Shown piece by piece: positions 52,501-63,460 of a stretch of 64,000 bases of DNA. Location of the stretch: positions 186,001 to 250,000 of the forward strand of contig JASTWF010000356.1 in NCBI GenBank assembly GCA_030390025.1, in the 5' to 3' direction. Each line of letters starts with the position of its first letter. Position 1 is the first letter of the stretch. The notes beneath the pieces were generated by a model that saw only the letters and a program-made list of their open reading frames with translations, was not told where the DNA came from and ran no database searches. The position numbers and the translations under genes are program-made. This DNA is from Squalus acanthias (lineage: Eukaryota).

Positions 52501-54748
52501 TTCACAGTGTCACAGTGAGGGAGGGAGGGGCCTCATATTGTCACAGTGAGGGAGGGAGTGGCCTCACCGTGTCACAGAGAGGGAGTGAGGGGCTTCAAAG
52601 TGTCACAGTGAGGGAGGGAGGGTCTTCACAGTGTCACATTGATGGAGGGAGGGGCCTCACAATGTCACAGTGAGGGAGGGAGGGGCCTCACAGTGTCACT
52701 GTGAGGGAGGGAGGGGCTTCACAGTGTCACACTGAGGGAGGGAGGGGCCTCACAGTGTCGCAGTGAGGGAGGGAGTGGATTCACAGTGTCACTGTGAGGA
52801 GGGAGGAGATCCACAGTGTCACAGTGAGGGAGGAGCTTCACAGTGTCACACTGAGGGAGGGAGGGGATTCACAGTGTTACAGTGAGGGAGGGAGGGTATT
52901 CACAGTGTCACAGTGAGGGCGGGAGGTGATTCAGAGTGTCACAGTGAGGGAGGGTGGGGATTCACAGTGTCACAGTGAGCGAGGGAGGGGATTCACAGTA
53001 ACACAGTGAGGGAGGGCTTTCACAGTCTCACAGTGAGGGAGGGAGCGTCCTCACAGTGTCACAGTGAGGGAGGGTGGGGCCTCACCGTATCTCAGTGAGG
53101 GAGGGAGCGGATTCACAGTGTCACAGTGAGGGAGGGGTTTCATAGTGTCACAGTGAGGGAGGGAGGGGGCCTCATATTGTCACAATGAGGGAGGGAGGGG
53201 CTTCAAAGTGTCACAGTGAGGGAGGGAGGAATTCACAGTGTCACCGTGGGGGAGGGAGGGGCCTCATAGTGTCACAGTGAGGCAGAGAGGGTCCTCACCG
53301 TGTCACAGTGAGGGAGGGAGGGGCTTCAAAGTGTCACAGTGAGGGAGGGAGGGGCTTCACAGTGTCACAGTGAGGGAGGGCGCAGATTCACAGTGTCACA
53401 GTGGGGGTGGGGATTCAAAGTGTCACAGTGAGGGAGGGAGGGGCCTCACAGTGTCACAGTGAGGGAGCGAGGGGCCTCACCTTATCACAGTGAGGGAGGG
53501 AGGGGACTCACAGTGTCACAGTGAGGGAGGGGTTTCACAGTGTCACAGTGAGGGAGGGAGTGGCCTCACCGTGTCACAGAGAGGGAGTGAGGGGCTTCAA
53601 AGTGTCACGGTGAGTGAGGGAGGGTCTTCACAGTGTCACATTGATGGAGGGAGGGGCCTCACAATGTCACAGGGAGGGAGGGAGGGGCTTCACAGTGTCA
53701 CAGTGAGGGAGGGAGGGGTTTCACAATGTCACAGTGAGGGAGGGAGGGGATTCACAGTGTCACCGTGAGGGAGTGAGGGGCATCATAGTGTCACAGTGAG
53801 GGAGGGAGGGTCCTCACCGTGTCACAGTGAGGGAGTGAGGGGCTTCAACGTGTCACAGTGAGGGAGGGCGGGGCTTCACAGTGTCACAGTGAGGGAGGGA
53901 GGGGACTCACAGTGTCACTGTGAGTGAGGAAGGGGCTTCACAGTGTCACAGTGAGGGAGTGAGGGGCCTCACAGTGTCACAGTGAGGGAGGGAGGGGCAT
54001 CTATTTGTCACAGTGAGGGAGGGAGGGGCCTCACAGAGTCACAGTGAGGGAGGGAGGGGCTTCACAGTGTCACAGTGAGGGAGGGAGGGGATTCACAATG
54101 TCAAAGTGAGGGAGGGAGAGGATTCACAGTGTCACCGTGAGGGAGTGAGGCACCTCATAGTGTCACAGTTAGGGAGGTTGGGTCCTCACCGTGTCACAGT
54201 GAGGGAGGGAGGGGCTTCAAAGTGTCACAGTGAGGGAGGGAGGGGCTTCACAGTGTCGCAGTGAGGGAGGGATGGGCCTCACAGTGTCACAGTGAGGGAG
54301 GGATGGGCCTCACAGTGTCACAGTGAAGGAGGGAGGGTCCTCACAGTGTCACTGTGAGGGAGGGAGGGGCTTCACACTGTCACAGTGAGGGAGGGAGGGG
54401 CCTCACAGTGTCACAGTGAGGGAGGGTGTGGCTTCACATTGTCACAGTGAGGGAGGGAGGGGATTCAGAGTGTCACAGTGAGGGAGGGAGGGGCTTCACA
54501 GTGTCACAGTGAGGGAGGGAGGGGATTCACAGTGTCACAGTGAGGGAGGGAGGGGATTCACAGTGTCACAGTGAGGGAGGGAGGGGATTCACAGTGTCAC
54601 AGTGAGGGAGGGAGGAACTTCACAGTGTCACAGTGAGGGAGGGAGGGGATTCACAGTGTCACAGTGAGGGAGGGAGGGGATTCACAGTGTCACAGCGAGG
54701 GAGGAACTTCACAGTGTCACAGTGAGGGAGGGTGGCGATTCACAGTGT
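25500..54748 (+). repeat. ~29-kb G-rich minisatellite; 31-bp consensus CACAGTGTCACAGTGAGGGAGGGAGGGGATT (27-bp variants lack one GGGA), with higher-order repeats
   Basis: Directly visible uninterrupted head-to-tail array. Roughly 950-1000 units by dividing length by period. Diagnostic variant units recur in fixed order. Confidence 0.98.
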
Positions 54749-55134
54749 TGCAGCTCCGGTTAGTAACTGCAGAGAAAATTTCCGTCTACAGCAGTGAAAA
54801 AGCGGGAGTTTCAGTTCTAATGTTTTATCTCACAGGGAGGGAGGTTAAAGTGTAACAGAACCGGTTAGTAACTCAGCAGAGAAACGGAGGGGAGATTCCT
54901 GTCAGCAACAGCTCCCGGGGAATGAGCTGAACCGGCTCATAATACTGGGGCTGGTCCTGGGGTGGAGGGCGCGATGGGTTCATCGGCAGTTTGAACATGA
55001 AATAGCGCATTTCCGCCCAGTGCAGTGAAAATGGGGGAATTCTCAAGCTGCCGGAATTTAACGTGAGGAAAAAATCAAAACGGACAGCCCCAGAACTGAG
55101 GGTTTGGAGAGTGAAGTGAGTTAGAATGGAAATA

Positions 55135-56432
55135 CCAGTGAGATCGGACAGTGTTTAATCCGGGGAGGATGGGCCCAGTGAGATCAGACAGTGTGTAACT
55201 CGGGGAGGATGGGTCCAGTGAGATCAGACAGTGTGTAACCCGGGGAGGATGGACCCAGTGAGATCAAACAGTGTGTAACCCGGGGGGGGGGGGGGGATTG
55301 GCCCAGTGAAATCAGACATTGTTTAACGCGCCGAGGATGGATCCAGTGAGATCAGACAGTGTGTAGGCCGGAGAATTTGGGCCCAGTGACATCAGACAAT
55401 GTGTAAACCTGGGAGGATGGGCCGAGTGAGATCTAAGACTGTGTAACCCGGGGAGGACGCGCCCAGTGAGATCAGACAGTGAGTAACCCGGGGAGGATGG
55501 GCTCAGTGAGATCAGACAGTGTGTAACCCGGGGAGGCTGGGCCCAGTGAGAGCAGACGGTGACTGAACGGGAGAGGATGGGCTCAGTTTGATCAGCCAAT
55601 GTTTAACCCGGGGAGGATGGTCCCAGTGCGATCAGACAATGTATAACCCGGGGAGGATGGGCCCAATGAGATCAGACAGTGTGTATCCCGGGAAGGATGG
55701 GCCCAGTGAGATCAGACAGTTCGTAACCCGGGAAGGATGGGCCCAATGAGATCAGACAGAGTGTAACCCGGGGAGGATGGGCCCAGTGAAATCAGTAAGT
55801 GTGTAACCCGGGGAGGATGGACCCAGTAAGATCAGAGAATGTCTGACAAGTAGAGAATGGGCCAAATAAGATCAGACAGTGTGTATCCCGGGAAGGATGG
55901 GCCCAGTGAGATCAGACAGAGTGTAACCCGGGGAGGATGGGCCCAGTGAGATCAAACTGTGTGTAACCCGGGGAGAAAGGACCCAGTGACATCAGACAGT
56001 GTGTAACCCGGAGAGGATGGGCCCAGTTTGATCAGAGAGTGTGTAACCCGGGGAGGATGTGCCCAGTGAGATCAGATGTGGTTAAACCAGTGGGGTTGGG
56101 CCCAGTGCGATCAGACAGTGAGTGACCCTGAGGATAAGCCCAGTGAGACCCGACAGTGTGTAACCCGGGAGGGTGGGCCCAGTGAGATCAGTTAGTGTGT
56201 AATCAGGGGAAGATGGGCCCAATGAAATCAGACAGTGTGTAACCCGGCCAGGATGGGCCCAGTGAGCTCAGACAGCGTGTAACCCGTGCAGGATGGGCCC
56301 AGTAATATCAGACAGTGTGTAACCCAGGGATGATGGGCCCAGTGAGATCAGACAGTGTGTAACCCGTGGAGGATGGGCCCAGTGAGATCTGACAGTGTTT
56401 AACCCGGGGAGGGTGGGCCCAGTGAGAACAGA
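55135..56432 (+). repeat. 40-bp minisatellite CCCAGTGAGATCAGACAGTGTGTAACCCGGGGAGGATGGG, ~32 copies
   Basis: The period of 40 is visible, e.g. at 55681-55800. Confidence 0.96.
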
Positions 56433-57089
56433 CTGCATCTGTCTGAATCGCAGAGGTAAAACGCAACATTTCCGCCCCAAATATTTGGTATTTCCAGGAA
56501 GTCCAGGAGGCCTGTACCGGCGCTCGTTGGAATTTGGCAGAAATGTACTGAAATACTGGGCCCTGAACCTGAAGTTTCGGAGGATCCCGGCGCTGATTCA
56601 AGCTTCTGCAATCCGGAATACACTGTCAGCTACAGCACTAGATTTCTTGTTGTTAACCGTAGCGAGACATAGAGTTTCATAAACCGCTGTATTCAACAGG
56701 GCATAAGCCTGGCGGTGTATGAAATTAACAGGGATTCTGTCACTGGTAGCGTCACTGGGCGGGAATAGCTGTGAGTTAATGCAGGAAATGCTGGGAGTTA
56801 ACTCGGAAATTGACCTGCTCGGGATCCAGTCTCTCCTGTGGGAGGGTGTGAGTGCGGCTAGGGATACGGGAAAATAAAAATTATCTCATTCTGCAGAAAT
56901 TTCAGCGCCATGGGCGTTGTGTGTTTGACCTGTGCAATCGGACAATCCTTTGTTCATCATGAAGAAAAATGTAACCGCACACTAAGGGAGCTGATCCGCT
57001 AAAGGAGCTCAGAGAAGGTGGGCGGTAACTGTAATATTTAACGCTCCATTCTCCAGATGGCGCAGATAATCAGCCAGGAATTGAGAGAG

Positions 57090-57282
57090 TACTTCATCTC
57101 TCTTTCCTCCTTTAAGACACTGCTTAAAACCTACAATTTTGACCAAGATTTTGGTCACCTGCCCTAATTTATCCTTATGTGGCACGGTGTTAAAAATGTT
57201 TCTCTTCAAATGCTCCTGTGCAGCGCCTCGGGATCCTTTACTACGTTAAATGCGCTATATAAATACAAGTTGTTGTTGTTGT
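57090..57282 (+). mobile_element. L2-type LINE/SINE 3' tail
   Basis: tcctttaagacactgcttaaaacctac..tttgaccaagattttggtcacc..tgtgcagcgcctcgggat..actacgttaaatgcgctatataaatacaagttgttgttgttg. Confidence 0.75.
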
Positions 57283-57733
57283 AGCAATAGTTTACTTCAG
57301 ACAAAGAAGAGAGCTATAGACAGTGGGAGGAAGATACCGGTTGTCAATAAGTGTAATTAAAACAGAGCAACGCTCCAGGAAAGTTGCTGGGTTGTCTGAG
57401 CTGATTATATTTTCTGTCAGCTCTCTCTGCCTGAGATGCCGCTGAAAGAAAGCAAAATACGAGAGAAACAAAGACAGGTGCAGACTGGGCGGATGTGTCC
57501 TGGATGGACTTCAGCCAAGAATATAAATGAATGGCAGTGATTACAAATACCGGAGCAAGTCCCCAAAATGTGAACTACTCCTGGAAAACGCGCGTCTCTT
57601 ATATGAGGAGTCTCTAACTGCGGGCTGGGGAATTATATTTTTGTGAATCAATGATTTTCGTTTTTACGAATAACTACGGGATTAATTTATATTACATTCA
57701 AATTCATACCGTCAATATTGTTCTCCTTTTCAG

Positions 57734-57914
57734 CCCTGACAGATTTAGATTACCCGATGTATGACGGAGTGATTGAGACAAATGCACAGCAGGAAGTAAA
57801 CAGTGTTGTAGACTGAGGAACAACAGCAGTTGAACCAGCACAAGATTGTGCGGGCACCAACCAGAAAGAACCCTTCCGATACAAAGAGCTTCCAGAGATC
57901 GACTGGGGAGAAAG
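57734..57914 (+). other. Candidate internal exon (181 nt); pseudogenic or non-coding
   Basis: Acceptor ttgttctccttttcag| and donor AAG|gtaaga. The best frame is LTDLDYPMYDGVIETNAQQEVNSVVD*GTTAVEPAQDCAGTNQKEPFRYKELPEIDWGE with a single TGA at 57814-57816; the other two frames stop early. Confidence 0.55.
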
Positions 57915-58224
57915 GTAAGAGAGAATCCCATTGACTCAGATAAACACTGGTCCTGGAGCTGGACTGGGGAGAAAGGGCAGAGAGAGTCCCATTGACTCAG
58001 ATACACAATAGTCCTGGAGATGGACTGGGGAGAAAGGTCAGAGAGTCCCATTAACTCAGATACACACTGGTCCTGGAGATGGACTGGGGAATAAGGTCAG
58101 AGAGTCCCATTGACTCAGATACACACTGGTCCTGGAGATGGACTGGGGAGAAAGGGCAGAGAGAGTCCCATTGACTCAGATAAACACTGGTCCTGGAGAT
58201 GGACTGGGGAGAAAGGTCAGAGAG
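57895..58224 (+). repeat. ~60-bp minisatellite (~5.5 copies) overlapping the exon donor
   Basis: The unit gactggggagaaagg(t/g)cagagagtcccattgactcagatacacactggtcctggagatg recurs at ~57901, 57962, 58023, 58082, 58141 and 58202. Confidence 0.93.
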
Positions 58225-58289
58225 GTAGCAGCTGTTAAATTGTAGAATGGCCTACTCCTGCTCCTATTTCTTCTGTTCTTATGGTCTTT

Positions 58290-60712
58290 AATGCAGAAAT
58301 CAGACAAGCATGTAGCAAAGGCAGAGTGAGTTTAAATGGGAATTTAACTTTCATATAGATTATGATAAGCAGGGTAGCACATGTCAGAAAGGTAGGGAAA
58401 TTCTTGAGCGTGTACGGAATAGATTACTGCCACTATATACCCTTGAACCAACAAACGGCAGGCCATATTAGATTTAGAAATCAGTAATGAGCAGCTTTAG
58501 TTAACAGCCTGACTGTGCGTGAACATTTGTCAAACAGGGGTCATAATATAATCGTAGTATTTGAAAGGGCGATACAGACAACAGCTGTTAAGATTTTAGA
58601 TTTATGTAAGGCTGACTTCAATGCGATGAGCCAGAGGCTGTCTACAGTAAACTGGGGACTCTGTTCATGGGTCAAACGACAGAAGGTCAGTGGGAGGCGT
58701 TCAAAAATAATTAAACTTGTTACAGAACCGGTATATACCGTTAAGGGGCAAGAGCGCTATTTGCCAAAAGAAACTGCCATGGATGACAAAAGCGGTAAGG
58801 GTAAAATAAAACTCAAAGGTAATGCATAAAAAATGCAAAGTCTACCACAGATGCTGGTGAATGGGATAGATACAAAGACGAACAAAAGATGACAAAACAG
58901 ACAGCAAGAGATACAAAAAGGAATATGAAAAGAAACTTGCAAGAGATATCAAAATCAACACTTTTTTCACAATTATATTGGGAAAGAGAAGGTGTTCGGG
59001 AGAAATGTGGGCCCTCTTCAAAACTGATAACGATGATATTGGAAATGGAATTAAGCAAATGGCAGACATATTGAAGAATTATTGTGCCAGTGCTTACAGT
59101 AGAGGATAGGGATGGCATGCCGAACATTACAAGTCAATTAATATTGAATCAGGAACGGGGATTCAGCAAAATTAACGTTAGCAAAATAACAGTAGTTAAG
59201 AAAATAATGGCAAGAACGTGTGAGAAATCCACAGGAGCAGATGTTTTCAATCGCAGGATTTTCAAGGAAGTCGGTGACAACATTATGGGTGGCCAAACTA
59301 CAATCTTCCAAAGTTCTCTCAATTCGGGAACCGTGCCTTTAGATTGGAAAATTGTGCATGCAACTCCACTATATAATAAAGCTGAGACCGGGAAACAAGC
59401 AAATTATAGACCAGTTAGCTTCACATCTGTTCTCGGGAAATTAATAGAATCTATAATTAAGTATAGAGTTACTGAACAACTTGACATTTTTAGCTGTTCA
59501 GTGAGCCAGCATGGATTTGTAAAGGGTAGAACATGCCTGACGAAACTGATTGAATTTTTTAAATAGGTGACTAATGTAGTGGACAGGGGAATGTCTATGG
59601 ATGTTATTTATATGGACTTCCAGAAGCCATTTGATTAAAGTCCCTCGTAAGAACCAATGTGGAAGTGCACGGAATTGAAGGCAAATTATTTACCTGGTTA
59701 GGACATTGACTGAGTTGCAGGAGACAGAGAATAAGGATAATAAGCAGGTACTCTAATTGGAAGGATAGGACGAGTGATGTACCGCAAAGATCTGTGTTCG
59801 GGCCTCAACTATTCAACATATTTATTAACGATTTAGATGATGGGATAGAAAGCCACATATGCAAGTATGCCGTGTAAATGGAAGTATAAAATTTGAAGTT
59901 GATATTAATAGATTAAGTAAATGGGCAAAACGTTGGCAAATGGATTTATATGTAGGCAAATGTGAGGTTAAAAGCGATAGAGCATAATACTTTCTAAATA
60001 ATGAAAAGCTAAAAAAGTCGAGGTCAGAAGAGACTCGGGTGTCCAAGTACATAGATCATTAAAATGTCATGGACAGGTGCAGAATATAATCAAAAAGACT
60101 AATTGAATGCGGGCCTTTATATCTAGAGGACTATAATACAAGGGGGTCGAAGTTATGCTATAATTATACAACACCCTTTTCAGACCACACCTGGAGTACT
60201 GCGAGCAGTTCTCGGCACCAAACATTATGAAGGATATGTTGGCCTTGGAGGCTGTGCATTGTAGGTTTACCAGAATGATAACTGGTCGCCAAGGTTTCAT
60301 TTAAGAGGAAAGATTACACGAACTACGATTGTATCCCTGGAATTTAGAAGGTTAAGGGGTGATTTGAATGAATTTTTCAAGATATTCAGGGGAAATGATA
60401 GGGTAGACAGAGAGAAACTATTCCCGCTGGTTGTGGAGTCTAGGACTAGGGAGCAGGGTCTAAAAATTAGAGCCAGGCCTTTCAGGAGGGAAGATAGAAA
60501 AACACTTCCACGTGCAAAGGGTGGTAGAAGTTTGGAATTCTCTTCCGCAATCGCCAATTTGTGATTGGTCAATTGCTAATGTTAAATCTGAGATTAGTTT
60601 ATTTCGTCAACCAATGGTTTGAAGGGTCATGGAGCAAAAGGAAGATATATGGAGTTAGGCTCGAGGGGCCAAATGGCCTATTGCTGTTCCTGTGTACCTA
60701 TATTCCTGTAAT
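58290..60712 (+). mobile_element. Old CR1 LINE ORF2 (endonuclease C-terminus to 3' tail), heavily decayed
   Basis: ORF 59084-59566: SGTVPLDWKIVHATPLYNK..NYRPVSFTSVLGKLIESIIK..QHGFVKGRTCLTKLIEFF. Downstream are YMDFQK and RPHLEYCEQF motifs and the tail ggccaaatggccta. Confidence 0.92.
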
Positions 60713-60844
60713 GTTACTGAATTAAAACATATTCAATATCGAACTATCAAAATAAATAATCTTACACTTCTCAACTAGAAGCTGGATTATACGTCTCAAA
60801 GTTATTTCCCTAATTGCATCTATATCTGGATTTAGCAATTGCCG

Positions 60845-61700
60845 TTCAATTAAATGATTATTAATGAACGATAAACCTGAGATAAAATTATGATTAAATG
60901 TTATTTTTTTAAATAAGGGTTTGTAAAATTAATTCCAATTGATTATTTTGTGTGTTGTGTCAGAATGAATGTTCTCGGTGGTCACCTGATCCAGCTCCCT
61001 GCCTCGGCCGAGGGTTCTTTTTATATAACTGAGAGCTGTGTTTGTCCCGATACGTTCTAGATTCATGTCCCTCCTCTTTCGACACAATCACATGATTATT
61101 ATGCAGGCCTGAGTTTAGCAGGAAATAAAAACACGATGTTTCATCCATTTAAACACTAACTGGAGTTCAAGAAATGTGTTTATTAATTTTTTTAACATTT
61201 CAGCTGTAAAAAGGTATTGTGCCGTAGAATTCGGCAAATGGTCGCCGTTAAGTTACAGATGCAGATGGTTCAGGACGATCAGATTGTCAGAGGTGTCACG
61301 TCGATTTCTAATAATGTAATTAGTTTGTCGATGTACTTCTGAAGATTCGTTGCTGTTTATTTCTCTTTACAGCCAGAACTGACGGTGCAGTCAGTAAGTA
61401 TGCAATATCAGCTCTTGTGGTGTAAACTCTGTTGTTGCAATCGCAGCTGCAAAGTTAGAAAAACTGGCTGAATGTTCAGTGTTAATGTTCTTAACTAAAC
61501 TCAGAATGCGTGATGTTGGTTTTGTTATTTCCGTTTCAGTTATTCTGGCGGAGTGATTTCCTCTATTGCCAGGGTAACAATCTGTCAGATCTCAGTGCAG
61601 AGACGTTGAGGCCAATTTATATCCGGAAGACGGCTAGACATTCAGTGTAAACTACATTCTATCTGTTCGGGAGTCCAGTAGTAGGAACATCTTCTGGATA
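60845..61700 (+). repeat. Diverged duplicated segment, copy 2 (paralog at ~23550-24445)
   Basis: Same collinear blocks as copy 1, in the same orientation, offset ~37.3 kb (tcagaatg at 23663 and 60960). Confidence 0.9.
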
Positions 61701-61754
61701 TTTGCAATATTTTTTAAATGATTTCCATACCAGTAAAATTATATTATAATAGCA

Positions 61755-62388
61755 ACAGAGGAACAGGAGGAGACTATTCAATCCCTCTAGTCTGTTCCTC
61801 CATTCAATTATATCATGGCTGATCTGTATCTTAGATCAATCATCAGCATTGACTCTCTAACCCTAATAACATAACCTAACAAAAATATGTCAATATTGGT
61901 TTTGATTGTGACTGATCTGTATCTTAACTCCTTGGACCTGCCTTGGTTCCAGGACCCTTAATGCCTAACAAACATCTATTAATCTCAGTTTTGACATTTT
62001 GAATTGACCAAGCCTCATCAGCTTTTTGAGGGAAAGTGTTCCAGATTTCCACTACCACTTGTGGGAAGAGGAGCTTTCTGACATCACATCTGTACGGCCA
62101 AGCTCTAATGTTAAGTTCATGCCACCTTGTGCTGGACTCCCCCAACCAGAGGAAATAGCTTCTCTCTATTTCCCCCATTAAATCCTTTGACTGTACAAAA
62201 CGCATCAATTCGATCACCCATATTCTCCTATACTCAAGGCAATAAAAGACTGATGAATCTGCGCTGCATCCTCTCCAAGGCCAGCATATCTTTCCTGAAG
62301 TGAGGTGCCCAAAACTGAATAAAATACTCCGAACGGGATCTAACCAGAGCTCTGTTCAGCTGTAGCATAAATTCTACACCTTTTTATA
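61755..62388 (-). mobile_element. CR1 3' end fragment, old
   Basis: Tail ggaacaggaggagactattcaatccct..cattcaatta. Minus-strand ORF LGESSTRWHELNIRAWPYRCDVRKLLFPQVVVEIWNTFPQKA. Confidence 0.85.
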
Positions 62389-62390
62389 AG

Positions 62391-63460
62391 TATCATAGAA
62401 TCATAGAATGGTTACAGCACGGAAGAAGTCCATTCGGCCCGTCGAGCCCGTGCCGAATCTCAGCCAGTCCCATTGCCGCATCCTTTCCTCGTAGCCCTGC
62501 ATTTTTTTCCTGCAGATATTTATCCAACTCCATATTGTAAGATAACATTGAGTCTGCCTCCACCACCCTTTCAGGCAGTGCATTCCAGATCTTAACCACT
62601 CGCTGCGGAAAAACGTTTTCTCTGATGTCGTCTTTGGTCCTTTTGCCTATCACTTTAAATCTGTGTCCTCTGGTTCTCGACAATTCTGCCAATGGGAACA
62701 CTTTTCCTCTATCTAACCTGTCCATGATTTTGAACACCTCTATCAAATCTCCTCTCAATCTTCTCTGCTCCAAGAAGAACAATTCCAGGTTCTCCAGTCT
62801 ATCAAAGTAACTGAAGTCCCTCATTCCTGGAATCATTCTCGTAAATGTTTTCTGCACCGTCTCCAAGGCCCTCACATCCATCCTAATGTGCGCTGCCCAG
62901 AATTGGACACAGTACTCCTGTTGGGGCCAAACCAGTGTTTTATACAGATTCATCATAATTTGCACACTGTTGAACTCTATATGAAGCCCAGAATCCTTTT
63001 TAACTGCTTTCTCAAACTGCCCTTCCGCCTTCAACGATTTATGCACACATGCCCCCAGGTCTCTCTGTTAGTGCACCCCTTTAAAGATTGTACCATTTAG
63101 TTTATTTGTCCACTCCTCTTTCTTTCCACCAAAATACATCACTTCACACTTTTCTGCATTAAATTTCATCTACCACGTCTCCGTCCATTTACCCAGCCTG
63201 TCTATGTCTTCCTGAAGACTATCGCTCTCCTCCTCACTGATCACTATACTTCCACGTTCTGTGTCATCTGCACATTTTGATATTGTGCCCTGTACACCCA
63301 CGTCCAAGTCATTAATATACATCATTAAATGCAGTGGTCCAAGAACCGACCCCTGGAGAAAACACTGTATACCTTTCTTCAGTCCGAAAAATAACTGTTC
63401 AGCACTAATTTCTGTTTCCTGTCACTCAACCAATTTCGTATCCAGGCTGCCACTGGTCCA
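62391..63460 (-). mobile_element. CR1 LINE 3' portion with (ATTCTATG)n tail
   Basis: atcatagaatcatagaat at 62392. ORF 62393-63046: LYKTLVWPQQEYCVQFWA..RRLRGDLIEVFKIM..RTRGHRFKV..QRVVKIWNALP. Confidence 0.93.

Noticed and set aside
25500..54748. CRISPR-like array (constant CACAGTGTCACAGTG plus variable part)
   Set aside because: The variable parts are point variants of one G-rich sequence, not unique spacers. There are no cas genes, and the context is vertebrate.
25500..54748. Functional V(D)J RSS cluster or Ig/TCR D/J segments
   Set aside because: No nonamers at 12 or 23 bp, no WGxG/FGxG J motifs, and no V or C Ig-domain exons recognised in the window.
27328..54855. Repeated MREGG..SQCHSEGG ORFs
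   Set aside because: Chance translations of the minisatellite from GTG starts; one frame position per unit carries a TGA.
55312..56682. His/Cys-containing repetitive ORFs resembling zinc fingers
   Set aside because: Translations of the 40-bp minisatellite; they lack C2H2 spacing, and the period is not a multiple of 3.
57814..57816. Selenocysteine codon
   Set aside because: No redox (CxxU/UxxC) context, no recognisable selenoprotein similarity and no SECIS seen; a nonsense codon or non-coding exon is simpler.
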